Shown here: positions 39,901-53,300 of the stretch, in pieces
Layout of the letters: each line of letters starts with the position of its first letter
How positions within the stretch are numbered: the first letter of the stretch is position 1
Assembly: GCA_040954595.2 (NCBI GenBank)
Contig: CM082579.2
Coordinates: 2,346,245 to 2,410,244, forward strand
DNA from: Balanoglossus misakiensis
Lineage: Eukaryota; Animalia; Hemichordata
Direction of reading: 5' to 3'
DNA length: 64,000 nucleotides
Made by a program: the position numbers and the translations under genes
The notes under the pieces: generated by a model
The model's input: the letters and a program-made list of their open reading frames with translations, nothing else
Told to the model about the DNA's origin: nothing
Database searches by the model: none

Positions 39901-42900
39901 ACAGCAAACTCGGCATTTCAACATTATAATTTGGTGCGACTAAAGATTCTAAGCCTCTCTCAAAGTTAATTAACTGATTTTGCTTCCCAGGCTTATGAAA
40001 CGGTGGAAACAAGGACTTCGCGTTTTATTAAATATAAAGCAAGATAATAGAAGCTACACTGTTATAGACATTGGGCTTTTTTGTTCACTCTTTTAATATA
40101 ATACTAGTCGGGTGTTTCTGTGTAAAAACCGTCTGCATTGAAGTAATAACATTAAGCCTTTGACAAACAGTTACCTTTTGATGTGTATATGTGTGTTACA
40201 TTTCATATACCACATATCTCGTCGATGCAAAGCGATTGGAAGGTCTTTGTGATTACCTAGTGCGCGATTGGAATTCTGGGAGAGTTCGATGTGAGTTCTT
40301 TTAGTCATAGCAGTCTTGTGTGACTACTATTACAAGCTTCCGAACGTTTGTTGTTGTCTTTGTTTTTTTTTTTTGTTTTTTTTTGGGGGGGGGGGCATGG
40401 TTTGGCAGGTTGTAAAACTATGTCAATACTTGACATGTACATTACATGGACAATAACACTGTATATGGTCACACGATCAATAGCTAGTACGTTTTCAATT
40501 TCTGGTCCCCGTCTGCGATGTTTATGTATTCACAATCGCCCCTGGCATCGAAATCATTTATTTTTACCGAAAAGTAATCCATTGCTAATTCAGGATTCCA
40601 TGTCGAAGTCGTATACGTCATAAGAGTATCGCGACTTAGAAACTCGGGACTCTTAATCCTCGTGTATAGACCTAATGATTCAGTACCATGTTTAGCCTAG
40701 AGGGGTACCCGAAATCAACGTTGAATATTATTGTGAAGTACATATAGTTTTGACCCGAGGCTTCTGAAATAAAGGTTGAGGACTAATTTGCCGAGAAAAG
40801 CCACGAATAGCGTAAATTTGACTGCGATGGCAAGACACATTTGAATGTGCGCATGTCCATTTAGATCGCCATGAAAATCAGAGTATTATGGATACCGAAC
40901 CAAAACAACCTAATCCCCAAGGTTTGATAAACAAGTATTCCCAAAATTCCGTTTATACTTTGCATGTATCGTTTAACGCAGGGCGTTGTTGTTTTGTCAG
41001 GTTATTACCTAAAACAAGACCGTTCTCAAATATTAAATGAAAGTACTATAGTGTCACAGAAAGTATGTCAAAGCGAAGTGTGGTATTCAGAGATTGTCCG
41101 CTATCGATGATGATAAAATTCAAAATGCGAAATAAATGTACCCGGATAACGAAGAGACTGCATTTTATAGGGAAACGAAAAGCTCTCAATTAAGCTCAAC
41201 GCAACATGGAAAACGCTGTTCTGGACGATATTATCGCTCGAAATCCATTAAAATATTGATACAGATGAACGCTAGGCACAATGCAAGAAAAGTACCGAAT
41301 AGGCCCTGAATGCACAAGTCGTTTCATAATGGGCATTTGATGATCCATACACACGTGACCAACTCGCCCGTGCCCCAAGGATTCAGTTCAGCACCGGAGT
41401 CGACATATCGAATTGCCTATCGATCGACACGATGCGTGCTGCACCTGATTTGCCTGCAATAATGAAGAAAGCGCATCTCACAGAGATCTGAAAACCTATT
41501 ATCACCGTATCAACCTGCAGACGATCCGCATTTAGTATTTGATAAGTCGAGCAGCCATTAATTTTTGACTAGGTTGCTTCGTGGAAACACTTCTTTCTTG
41601 CACTAGGGAGTCTACCGCGTTGCAGCCTGTGCATTTCAAAAGAACTCGCCTTGGCTCTACGGAGGCCAGGGAGCTCTGCCGGCGTTTGTGGGCACATTAG
41701 TACAACTTGCTTATCCCAGCTCATGGGTGAGAAAACATTTTCAGCTCCGTTGACTCTCAAAGCTTACAGTTTAGATCTACCCCAGCCTACTGCGGCGGCA
41801 CATATGGTTGTCGCTTCGTTTATTGCGGATATTCACAAAGCTAATTAAATATGGATGAGGTGTGATTCGCATGGAAAATATATAAGCATAATAATACAGG
41901 TATATGGCTGACTGCGAGAGATTCCCTCTCTCTGTCTCCCTTTCAACCTACCAACCAACCAACAAACCAACCAACCGACCGACCGACCAGTGGGTCAGTC
42001 AGTCAATCGGTCAGTCAGTCACTCAGTCAATAAACAAATCAATCAATCAATCACTCGATCAACCAATCGATCGGTCGATCAATCAACAATTTACGATTTT
42101 ATGAGGTAATGTCGAAATTACTTTTAAATACCATTGTCAGGCGTTTCCAATAGTAATGGATTTTCCGCTACTACTCGACATTTGTGTCAAATACCTGTTT
42201 TTTTTTTAATTTCAGGAATACCACCTGGACGTGTTCTTTCGTCAACGTTGGAGGGACCCACGACTGGCCTATAACGACCCTTACGAGATCCTGTCGTTAA
42301 ACACCATTATGTTGGAGAGTATCTGGTACCCTGATACGTATTTCCATAATGGTAAAAAGTCCTACGGTCATTCCATTACCACGCCCAATCGACTTTTTCG
42401 TATTTATCCGGATGGCACGGTGTTGTACACGCAAAGGTGAGTCCCTTAATTGTACTTGTCGTTTGGAAACGAGAGAGGGGCACGCTTCATCTGGTCGTTT
42501 TGCTAAAGAAAACCGTGTATATTGTTTGCTATGATTAACCAGGTTAATTAGTTTGACTCTACTTCTTTTTTATGTTCCCATGCCATGTAATATGGCTGGT
42601 TAATATTTCCTGATGAGAGTTGTTCGTCTTCTTTTGAAGTGTGAGCATACGGCATTTAAGTATGGAAAAAAGCACAAACAAGATCACTTGTTGAGCTTTT
42701 GTGTGTGCCCCTCTCTCTACCCACATTTATATTCTTTTAATGAACAAAGATAATATCACCTTGTTAAGCCACAGTTTTTTTTTATTTATCAACTTTGCCC
42801 GAAGAAAGCGAGAGGACGTGTTAGTGCCTGTTGGCTTGAACATATGATGTGTTAATGGCACGGGAGTCAGCCCCTTATTTGACAGGATTTGCTTACAGTC

Positions 42901-44302
42901 GCACATATATCCAGTTAATACGGGCGGATTTTACTTCTCCGTCTAACACGACCACCTGTGGTGCCATGCGTTTGCGAAATTGAATGGCAACTTAAGGTTT
43001 AATGATATACAGAGCCGACAAAGTCTGATCGGTTATAACGAGCTGCCGCTTTTATCACTGGCACTGCCCGCTAAAGCCGGAAAACTCGTTAACACTGACT
43101 GCAGTTATCCCCTTATCAAAACCAACGCTCATTACTCTTCCAGGTTGACCATCATTTCCAGTTGCAACATGTATTTTGAGAATTATCCCATGGATCGTCA
43201 GATATGCCCACTCGTGTTCGGAAGCAGTGAGTAGCACCCATCTTGTTTTCTATTTTCTCTGAGGAAATGTCTCGTGTCTGTGCGCATGAGCTGCTGACGT
43301 TTGAAAGCATGTGCGTGTGACGTGTGCGTGTATGTTGGTGACGTGGACGTCAAGATGGGTTAACGCGTTTGTGAAACGAATGTCAACGCGCGGGCGGACA
43401 AAGGGAACTCGTGCGTTTACAACCATGTTTTGTATCAGTAAGTTTCGGGAATAACAGTAACATCTGTTGCCACCTTAATGTACATTTATGGGACTTTAAA
43501 ATGCTGCTGAAACGAAAAGCGCAGGGATATATTGCACGCCCACAGACATAATCGAACAAATGATGATACATACCGGCCAGAATATTGACATTTAAACAAA
43601 ACACACCCGTTCAAGATACAGCATTCGGTTCCGGCGATATTACAGCATCTGTGTCATATCATTACGAAACTATTGCCACGGTGACCGTTTATATCTATAT
43701 CCGTCTTCTGTTTACTATCTGAAAAGGACGGATTTTAATCATCAAAAATAAAGACATAAAATGAAGACATATGGATTCAGCCTTGACTACTTTTCTCGTT
43801 TTCATTCTTGTCTGCCGCTTTTGTCCAATGTCGAAAAGGCGGCCTTATTGTCAAATATATGGTCTGTAGCAATGACGTCACAACAAATATGTGACCAGGA
43901 ACTAAATTCGGTTATGAATGGAATTTGTTGAACTGGATTAATTCTGCGCTCATTTGTACACTCGTCGAGTGGTATTCTGAGGATGGTTAGTTTTCGAAAA
44001 AAATATGGTATTCCGTTATTGTCTTGTATTTGTTGTTCTCGTCTGCTGTTAGAGCGCGGGAAACAGTACAGTGTCCCTGACACTGTACGGAGGGAGTTTA
44101 GTCTGATGATACTGTTATGGAATCCAGGAGCAATTAATCCAAAGGGCAAGTCACTTGGGACATGATTTATCTCTATATACTTGAATGTAGATGAATGTTC
44201 CTGATCACAGGGGCCACTATTAGCTGATATAGTTTAAGCCTAAATGAATGTCTGACTTACCAAATGGGAGATTCCTCATGCAACCAAAATAGTTTGTTGA
44301 TT

Positions 44303-44342
<40 letters not shown>

Positions 44343-47300
44343 CTAGTGCGTTAGATGTGCCATGGTTGTAGCTGCTAAGGGGAATTTTTGAGAGTGAACT
44401 GCTATTTTAGCTGCTACTGACGTTATATAAATAACACTCCTGAGATAGGAAGACTTAATGCAATGGCAAACACTAAATAGATCAATTCAACTCCTCACAA
44501 ACGCGCTGTCATGATCTCGTAATTTTCAAGTATCAGCAAATATTAGCGCTGTCGTTCGTTAGATAAACATTTGTACCGTGAATTGTGTTTTGTCGGCACA
44601 AGCAGGTTCTTCAAAACGACACATACCAACCATACCATGTTAGTATTATGCGGTATTCGCATGGATGTAAATGCAAGAGAGGTTTTCAATATTTGAACCC
44701 TCATTACTTCCAGTGAAATGTGACACTCGTGAAAATGAAGAGATTCAATGAGTTGTTCAAAACACGGTTACAGCTTGAAAAAAGTCTTGCTGTTTCGCAG
44801 TTATCAAGAACAGACAAGCTAAAAAGGTCGAAACGCGCGGTGAATGTTGCTGTCATATCATATGGCATTGCCCATTGATAGGTAGGGATTTATATCAACA
44901 ACACTGTAATTATGCCGTTCACATGTGTGAGAGCCTAGGTTTAAAACAGGTTAAGGCCACTTTATTTAGAAGGGGATCAAACAGTCGGGCGCGCATCAAA
45001 GCAAAAAAAACAGCATGCATTTGAAAGAAAGTGAAACACGCATTGTCCTTTCATAATTTGCAAAAAGTGAAACACGGTCACTCCGCACAGGGCGAATGTA
45101 TACAAACATGGTTACATGCGCTGATCCTTAACTAGATTACGGTGTGTCTATTTCATTTAGATTCGTTAACTCGAAATCGACAACGTATACATGTACTGTG
45201 GGGTGAATGTATTCGGGGTGTCATTGTACATGTACGTATCATATTGGCCGCGTATAGGTGGAATGATCTTCGATCGACTAGATGCGTAGAGCGCAAGTTA
45301 GGGCAAGTTATAAAAAACCGCTGCACCTTGTAGCAATAATATATGAACCGCTCATTCATTGTTTTGGGTTTTAACTCAAACCTTACAACCTCATCTTTCA
45401 CGGCGCCAACGTCCAATTCATTGCTCATGATTTTGTATGTTGAACGTTTTCTACGTTGCGAATATATGTATAATTGGCTGCAGTCAACGTCCAGCTCACA
45501 AATATAACCTTCCATTATATACTTAAGGTCACGTTATTTCATTCATGATGACGGAACGCAATTAATATAAAGTGATGGCCTATTCTTCGCTTGAGGGTTT
45601 TATAGAATAAAAAAGCTGTCAATTTTCCTGGTGGTTATGTTCCTTAATTACCTCTAAAAGAAGGACTGTCACTTACGACGTTGAGAAAAAATAATCATTG
45701 TGTGATATTCGCGGCGAGCCCTGAGACCAAACTTACTTAATTAGAAGCGTTATATTAGCCGTTTGAAAGCGAGACGTCTTGTTTGACTGACATGAATTGT
45801 TTTCAAGATGACACTTCATAACATGGAACGTTTTAAGACTTGGCTGTCATGGGCAAATGAACAAAAGGTCTGGTCGTCACGGAAACCGATATTGCGGATC
45901 CCTGGAGACAGGTGGGGCCTACACGCAAATAACATATACTAATCAGAGAATATCATATCAAACAGTATAAATAGGGCACCGACTGTGACGTAAGAGAAAT
46001 TCAGCCCTAAAGGTGTTTGGCAGCGGTGCCTAATCCGGTTGAACGAAGGACACGCCCTTGGTTGTAACGTTGGCAACCTTCTCCGTGCCGCTTGATGATT
46101 TCTGAAAGAGCGAATGACGTCAAGACATGTCGAGTGCTACTTTACCCGCGAGCTGGCGGTGCACCATGACAACGAGGAGCAGAGTAGATTGTCAAAGACA
46201 TCCACAAGTACATTTTTTGCTTGCTGATTGTAAATAGTATCAATTGTTTCGCTCTGTCTGTGTGTATATACGCGAAGTGTTTAAGTAATAGGCTGGCTTA
46301 TCAGCAAGGTGTCTATCTGTTCATACCGTTCGTAAAATTGTCAATAAGTTTATGGTTTGAGATATTGCACTATTCTAAATGTATACTTTAAACTAATTTC
46401 CGATCATAGAATTCAAAGGCAAATGAAAATATTGGAAATTTATGACGTTTTATTTCTACCTGTTTGATTGAATTGCATACTGTTGGCGCCCTACTGACAC
46501 ACGCGGTCCATGCAAAATAGATTTTGTGTCACAACCAATCGCTTATTTAAGCTGGCAGACCCAATACTGTGAAACTGTTTGTTTTTCCCCTATAATTTTG
46601 GTTCTGCACGATAGCCGTTTATACTCTTCAGTCCATAGCACATCGGAACACACAATATTTGACCTGAATGGATAATTCATATATCTATGGGTCAAGATAT
46701 TGGTATTAATATTATGAATGACAGTTTGGATATATAAATAACCTTAATTAAGGTTTCTTGTCTGTTTACACTGAAACTGCGCGATCGAGCCCAATCTTTC
46801 CCTGTTTTAGTCACGTTTCACAGTAGTGAAATCGTTGCCTACCGCCTAGGCGCTCAAGATTCCATCATTGCACTTGCTGAAACGACTTAGTATGCCTCTT
46901 AATAACCTTGACGACGACGACGCAGACGACGACAACGACAACAAGAAGTTATTTGATGTTTGAGATAGAAGGAGTCCGAATCGTCACGATTCCATCGGTC
47001 GGTGATTTGATTTATTCCCTCGAAAATGGCACCGAGATCATGGAAACATCCCATAACGATAAAAATCCTGGTGATAAAAACTGGAAATTACATCCAGACA
47101 GATAATCACTGGCTCAATCTCAAATCCACAAGAAGCGGAAACACCAATGATCATTTGCCAAATGGCCACATTCGATTAGTGATTAATATTCGCCAAAGTA
47201 GACCCCAGAATCTCCTGCTCCCAATAATTAAGCTTGGATCCTTTTTGGTATCAAATAAAAAACACAGTGTCGTTGTCCTTAGCAACCGTTTCCAGTCCAA

Positions 47301-50300
47301 AATGAGGTAATCGCCTTAACTGTTGACGTCAGAATTTTTTAAAAAGGAAGTGATATCGGAGAAAATAAGAACACGGTCCAGGGATTTGATGTTAGTTCTA
47401 ATTACATTTCTTATCTGTTGTCGTTTGCCGTTGTTATCTGAACAATGACATATTGTGTAATGTATGATAATGTGCTTGGTGACGCACACAATGCATTTAT
47501 TCTTTTAAATCCTCCTTCCGTCTCGTATGTGAGACAATCATACTAGACTAGTGTTTATGTGGTCTCCAGTATATCATAGTCCCGCACGGCCCGCGGTGTA
47601 TGCAGAACATTGAGCTAGTTTAATGACCTTCTCGCTCAGTCTTTGCGCAGTCGCAATTCGGAAACAAACAAATTATATGTTATATTCCCATACTCTACAA
47701 CAGGACTGGTTATCTGATAGACGAAGCTTGTTATTTCAAGAACTGAACAGTGGCGTTTAGATAGGTTCATGACTTATTCCCTATGCTATCAGATCATATT
47801 CACAATTGCCATGGTTGCACGATGGTCTCCTGGATGCGAAAGTGTGTGACATTTAAATTGTCGTGGTACCCTTTAGGCCACCAGAGATATGCTTTCTGTG
47901 AGCTAGCCATTTCGCCAATGATACCTAAAAGTGTTCATCATAATTACGGTGTTTGCAATTATCTCTCTGTTTATTTCGTGGGACGATGATTGTCGGGCCA
48001 TTTTGAGGCCGGTATTTGATGAGGCACCGGAATTATTAATATTTCAATAATGATCGATATCGAATTGCGCTATCTGTGGGCTACGTATAAATTCACTGGT
48101 GGCGCATCAATCAAATTATACCTGGAATAGAAACAGGCCGGCGTCGAAAAGAGTTCGGCGCTCAGAGAGAGTGACGTGCACTATTCGAGGGAAACGTAGG
48201 CTGTGTGGTCCCTTCACCACACAGCGAACTGACGAGAACTGGTTGAGACCTCTCTTGAAACTGTTCATTTGAATGGGAATTCTCGACGTGGACGGATAGT
48301 TGAGTGTTGTATTGATTTTCTTTTATTTCTCTGATGATCTCAGACAGCTATAAAAAGTTCCCCCGGTTGACACAAGAAAATGGGGTTATTGTGTGTCTCC
48401 ATAATACGACGCATTACGCAGCAAACATTTAACAACATCGTTCATCAAAGCCATCTATTGAGAGTCGACCTAAGAATACATGTAATGAATACCGTCATTA
48501 CCTCGGCCTGGTACGTCGGTAATACACCGAAACCCACTGAGATCTAACACAGTTTGTGGGTTTCCATACCCCAAAGACGATTCTAAGACCGACGTCAGGG
48601 GATGGAAATTCCGCCTTCTGTAACAAAGGCATTGCCGACTAAAACTATCGGCGATATGACGGCAGCTGTCACGTCCTACCCTTCGCAGTTAAGGCATAAA
48701 ACGCTTTGTAGTGTAGCACACAAAATTGCTCAGGGGGATTTTTGTCCCGATTTATGAGTTTTACGTGACTAATAACACCCTTTGTGAACATCAAATTATC
48801 TCTTATATTTTTATGTTTTCTGATCATCGATACAAGACACAATAAATTTGCCGATTTTCAGATTAAACCACGGTGCAGATGAATTTACCGTGTAAAAACT
48901 GTTAAATATTACAGTGACTACCACGGGTCTACTCTTCTATGGACAATCTCCACTTTCATAATAATAAAAAAATTATTGCAAGCTTCGTGCAATATTGTAA
49001 TCCAGCCATAATGTGATATATTAGCTTCTTTACCGGTTAAATGATGAATTAGGCTCGCTTGTCATCGTAGTCCATAATCAGGTACATATAAATTTGTAAT
49101 GCACGGATTAGACTATGTGGTTTGAAAACTATCGTACCATTGTCAAAGATATCGAACATACACACATACATAGTGAGAATAGATATCACAGAATACGTCA
49201 TCTCTATTAATAAACTCGCTCAAGGTAAACAGCGTCAATTTATTTGGTGACAGTTTTAATTCGTTTCTAGAATTTACTTTCCAAAACAATGTCGAGTTTA
49301 TACATAACCTCGTTCGTCGACAATAGTACATGCGTGAGAACTTCGCCTCTAATTTCTTGTTACACAGTCCCATCAGCACCTTCGATATACCGATCCATTA
49401 CCCTGTGCTCACTGAATCAACACAATTCTCTTTTCAAAACCAGACATAATTTAAGTTTAAAGAAACGAATTAAAGCCTCACACTTTCCATACAATGTGCG
49501 TCTCAGAGCGATGTCAATAGACCTCAAAGCGGCAAATTGGAAGTAGAAGGGCCTGTAGAGCCCTATGGCACGCTACCTACAGAATGTAAAATGGAATCGA
49601 TCAGTGTAATTTCTGCTGTTCATAAGCACTTTAGGCATAAAAACTGTAAATAGTTTGATAATTTCCGTTATTTTGTGGGCTTTTTAACGCAATCAAAGAT
49701 GTTTTATGTTTAATATCGCTGCGGGTTAGCGGATGTCATTATTTTGGTACATGCGCGGTGCTACCGTAGCAAATAGCAAATGATTGCATTGAGTTCTCCT
49801 CTGCAGACCTTACAAGAACTTCACTGGCTGGCCGAAGGCTGACAATCCTAATTTGCAAGTACTTATCGCTTGCATCTATCTGTTAAATATTCCTTTCACA
49901 CATTCATCCACTCCAGCTGGGCAAGGGGGGGGGGAGTGAAGCGATAAAAGTGAAAGCCTCTTTTCAGGGTTTTTGGGGTGTTAATGAATGCTGATAATGC
50001 GAACCTATAGAGTTTACATTCCGAATTGCCGTTACTGTCTACGTGAATATCCTGGGGAAGACACACATGACTTGGTATCCCAATCTCCCCGGGCCGCCTG
50101 TCTCAGCTGTCTCTGTGTGTGTCTGTGCTGTGCGCGCCACGTGTGCTTGACCTTCTGTGCAACCCAGCCTAGCCGAGCAGCAAGTTTTCACGGGGCCGTG
50201 ATCGGTGAGCAAATAAACAAATTTGTCGTTGATAACTTTGATGCTTGCCAAGGCACGGACGCCGGTTCAAATTAAGGCTCCCAGTGGGGGTGACGTGGTA

Positions 50301-53300
50301 TCAACGTCATCCAAAAACTATGGGCACTTGATTGAATCAAAGTGCAAGTTCAATTTCAGCATGCAGTCGTTTGCCATGCACATTACCAAACAAGGGTAAG
50401 GTATCTGCTCATCACAGGTTGTATCCTTGAAGCTTTTACAGTATGCGGCAATATTAGAAAATGCCAGGACCAATGGTCAGCTTGCTGAGAACAGTCCAGA
50501 ACAAAACATATCAACGTAAACGTCAGAGAAAGTGCAGTGGCAAAGTGGAATAAGCAATTAAATTGGATGACATCATCATGATCAATTAGCAATTAAGTTG
50601 GTTTACATTAGGCTGCGATTAAATCAAGCGTTCTTGTTGTATAATTGGCCTTGAGATTCTCAGTACATGTTCTACGGCCGTGTTCCTTTCTCTGCATGCT
50701 GTTGGGTAGGCATCCTGGATAAGCAAAAACGGTGTATCTTTCCTCATGCGAAATTAGTCGCCGTTGACATGGGAACTACTGGATATTTCTTACAGTGTGT
50801 CAGTTACACGACAATCACACCGAAATAGACATAATTAAGGCATAATATAGTCGATCTTGTTAAGTGTGTTTATTTTCAGGTGTGCGTATATTTGTGTAGC
50901 TTATTATAGCGACTCGGGCTACGGTCAATTTAACCCCTCAATGACGGTAAATGCACTTGAAGGAGACGTATTATTCAGCCTGACAACTGTAAAATTACAC
51001 ATGTCCATCTTCCTTATTGTAATTACGGAAGCTCCAAATGTAACATCGCTTTAAATTGGCCTGTTTTACTTGCAATGCACAGTAATTGATGTGGAGAAAT
51101 GGAGTATTTTTCTCCGCGGCGGATAAATGGTTGAACGCTATTGAGTCTATTGTGGTCGGTCCATGTCATTTCTCCAACTCTTGCAAAAATTCATGTTAGA
51201 TCATTAATACTGTGGGGTGCCTAAAGTTGAAACGTATGGCTGGCAAGCGGCTTGACCATGTACGAACCTGATAGCGGAAGACATGTGAATGAATGAATGA
51301 ATGAATGAATGAATGAATGAATGAATGAATGAATGAATGAATGAATGAATGAATGAATGAATGAATGAATGAATGAACGAACGAACGAACGCAGCTGCAG
51401 ACAAAATTACATTCACTTTGAAGCATAACAACCTAGATATTAATGCTAACAAGAATGTTCAGAAGGTGTTAAACCCATTGCTGTAACTCTGATTTTTATA
51501 TCAACACCGCGCACGCTGTCACGGCCCTTGACTTGATTCCGAGGATATCGAGCAATTAACTTAAGATTGGTATCAAAACATAAGCGGCCCAGGTTTTTGT
51601 CAAAGCGTAATCTGTCACTTTCCTTTAATGTTCCCGCTTTTTTAAAAGCAAGCCATTAAATTCATTGTTTACTGTAGTTAAACATAGATTTAACTTATTA
51701 ATAGTTACCCGGATGTCGCATTGCTCCAGAAAAAGAAAGCCCATTTGCGAAAAGAGAGAGAGAAGCGTCCTTAAGGTCTGATTTTAGTGTGTAGGGTGCA
51801 GTAGGTGAGTGATGAATGTTGTCTTGCTTACTGAAATATGGTGAGCCATCGGTTGCTGTAACCTTAATGTGTGGGCATAACGTTTGAATGTTTCCATGAA
51901 ATAAATACACTTCCTGGCACTGACTGAAAATTATAGCCTGATGTGGGATGTCTGCCAGAAGGGAAAACAGTTTGGTTTTCTCCCGTCAGGATACACGGTG
52001 CAGCTCCCGTAGAGCTCAACTGCGGTAGGAATATCTGGTATAGATGAGTCGGGTAGCTTCTGATCGATAGGTTGAATGATACACCGTAATCGCACCCTAG
52101 GCCAGACTTTGCACTTTTACTCAAATAACACAGTAAGGGACCGGTCATTATTAATTGACAGTGGGTGCCAATGTTTTATTTACGGACATGGTCACGTTGC
52201 TCGAAGTGACAGCCAGATGTCATTGACACTTACATATGTACCACTGGCCACGTCATCAAAGGAGCCCCCCCCCCTCCCCGTAACTTGCGCAAGAAAATCG
52301 AAGAACACATGCAAAATGGTCAAATTGAACAAATATACCTTGAGAGTCGCATAGCTATTGAAATAAATACATATATTATGATATAAAAATAATAATGAAA
52401 AAAATCATAGTCGTTACAACAGTGTTAGAGGCACAAATATGCAAGTAGTGGTAATGATAGTGATACTTGACCGATAACTACAGCCTGTAACTCATGCTGT
52501 ACAGTAGCCTAGTGGCTTTGATGTGCGGATTCTGTATCGGGGGCAGGCGTCTACTACCTTTGAAGCATTCAGAAGAACATATAACAAATCCCAGGGGGCG
52601 TAATCAGTAAGCAAACCCCACTCTCGCGTCCCAATGCAGGGGAAATAGAATTTTCGATTGGCTTTTGCAAAAAGGAACATGAGACCTTTTTACCGGTATT
52701 ACCTCGATTACAAAGCGTTGTTGGTCAAAGGCAGTGGCCCCCTTTATAATTCACACGAGGTATTTGAAGCGTTGGAATTTCATGGGAGCTATACGATACA
52801 GCTGCGAAACAGTGTATTATCTTGCTCGTATCCGTGGATTTAGTGCAACGGGCATAATGGTTTTTGAGTTTAGAAGAAAAGATAGAAAAAACGTGATAGG
52901 ATTAAGTTTTTGTTTCTCTGTGCGAGCCTCCTATTTTGGCGTCAAGTTTCAGAATAACTCCTCGTGTACTTAACTTGCCAGGATTTCACTGAATCTTTGG
53001 CCCCCAGTCAGATAAGAATGGTTGGTCCCTACACAGTAGAATTGGAATGGAGAGCGATCATGTTTTCTCTCGTGAAGCAAAAATCTTACAGATTACAAAA
53101 GATTGCAGAGGATCCGGTGTTACTTCTGTTTCTGGTCACACGCACGACGATTAAGTCTATTCTCGTCTCCGTAATTTTCGACTTTCGACGTCGCAGCCAG
53201 TTTGAATAAAACACTGCTTTTTGCCCTGCAGCGAGAAGGCCTGGTAATTGCATGGGATTGATAAACAAATTTCAGAGTCCCTGCGGATGGTGGCCATTCT

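Noticed and set aside
41387-41395. TTCAGCACC RE1 left half-site
   Set aside because: No GGACAG right half at a plausible spacing; compatible with chance.
48344-48432. Possible alternative exon 6 (ag|AC AGC TAT...), as in RDL mutually exclusive exons
   Set aside because: No DxxYxW or LxQF motif, and an in-frame stop after 29 codons. I found no duplicated exon 3 or 6 by eye in either gene.
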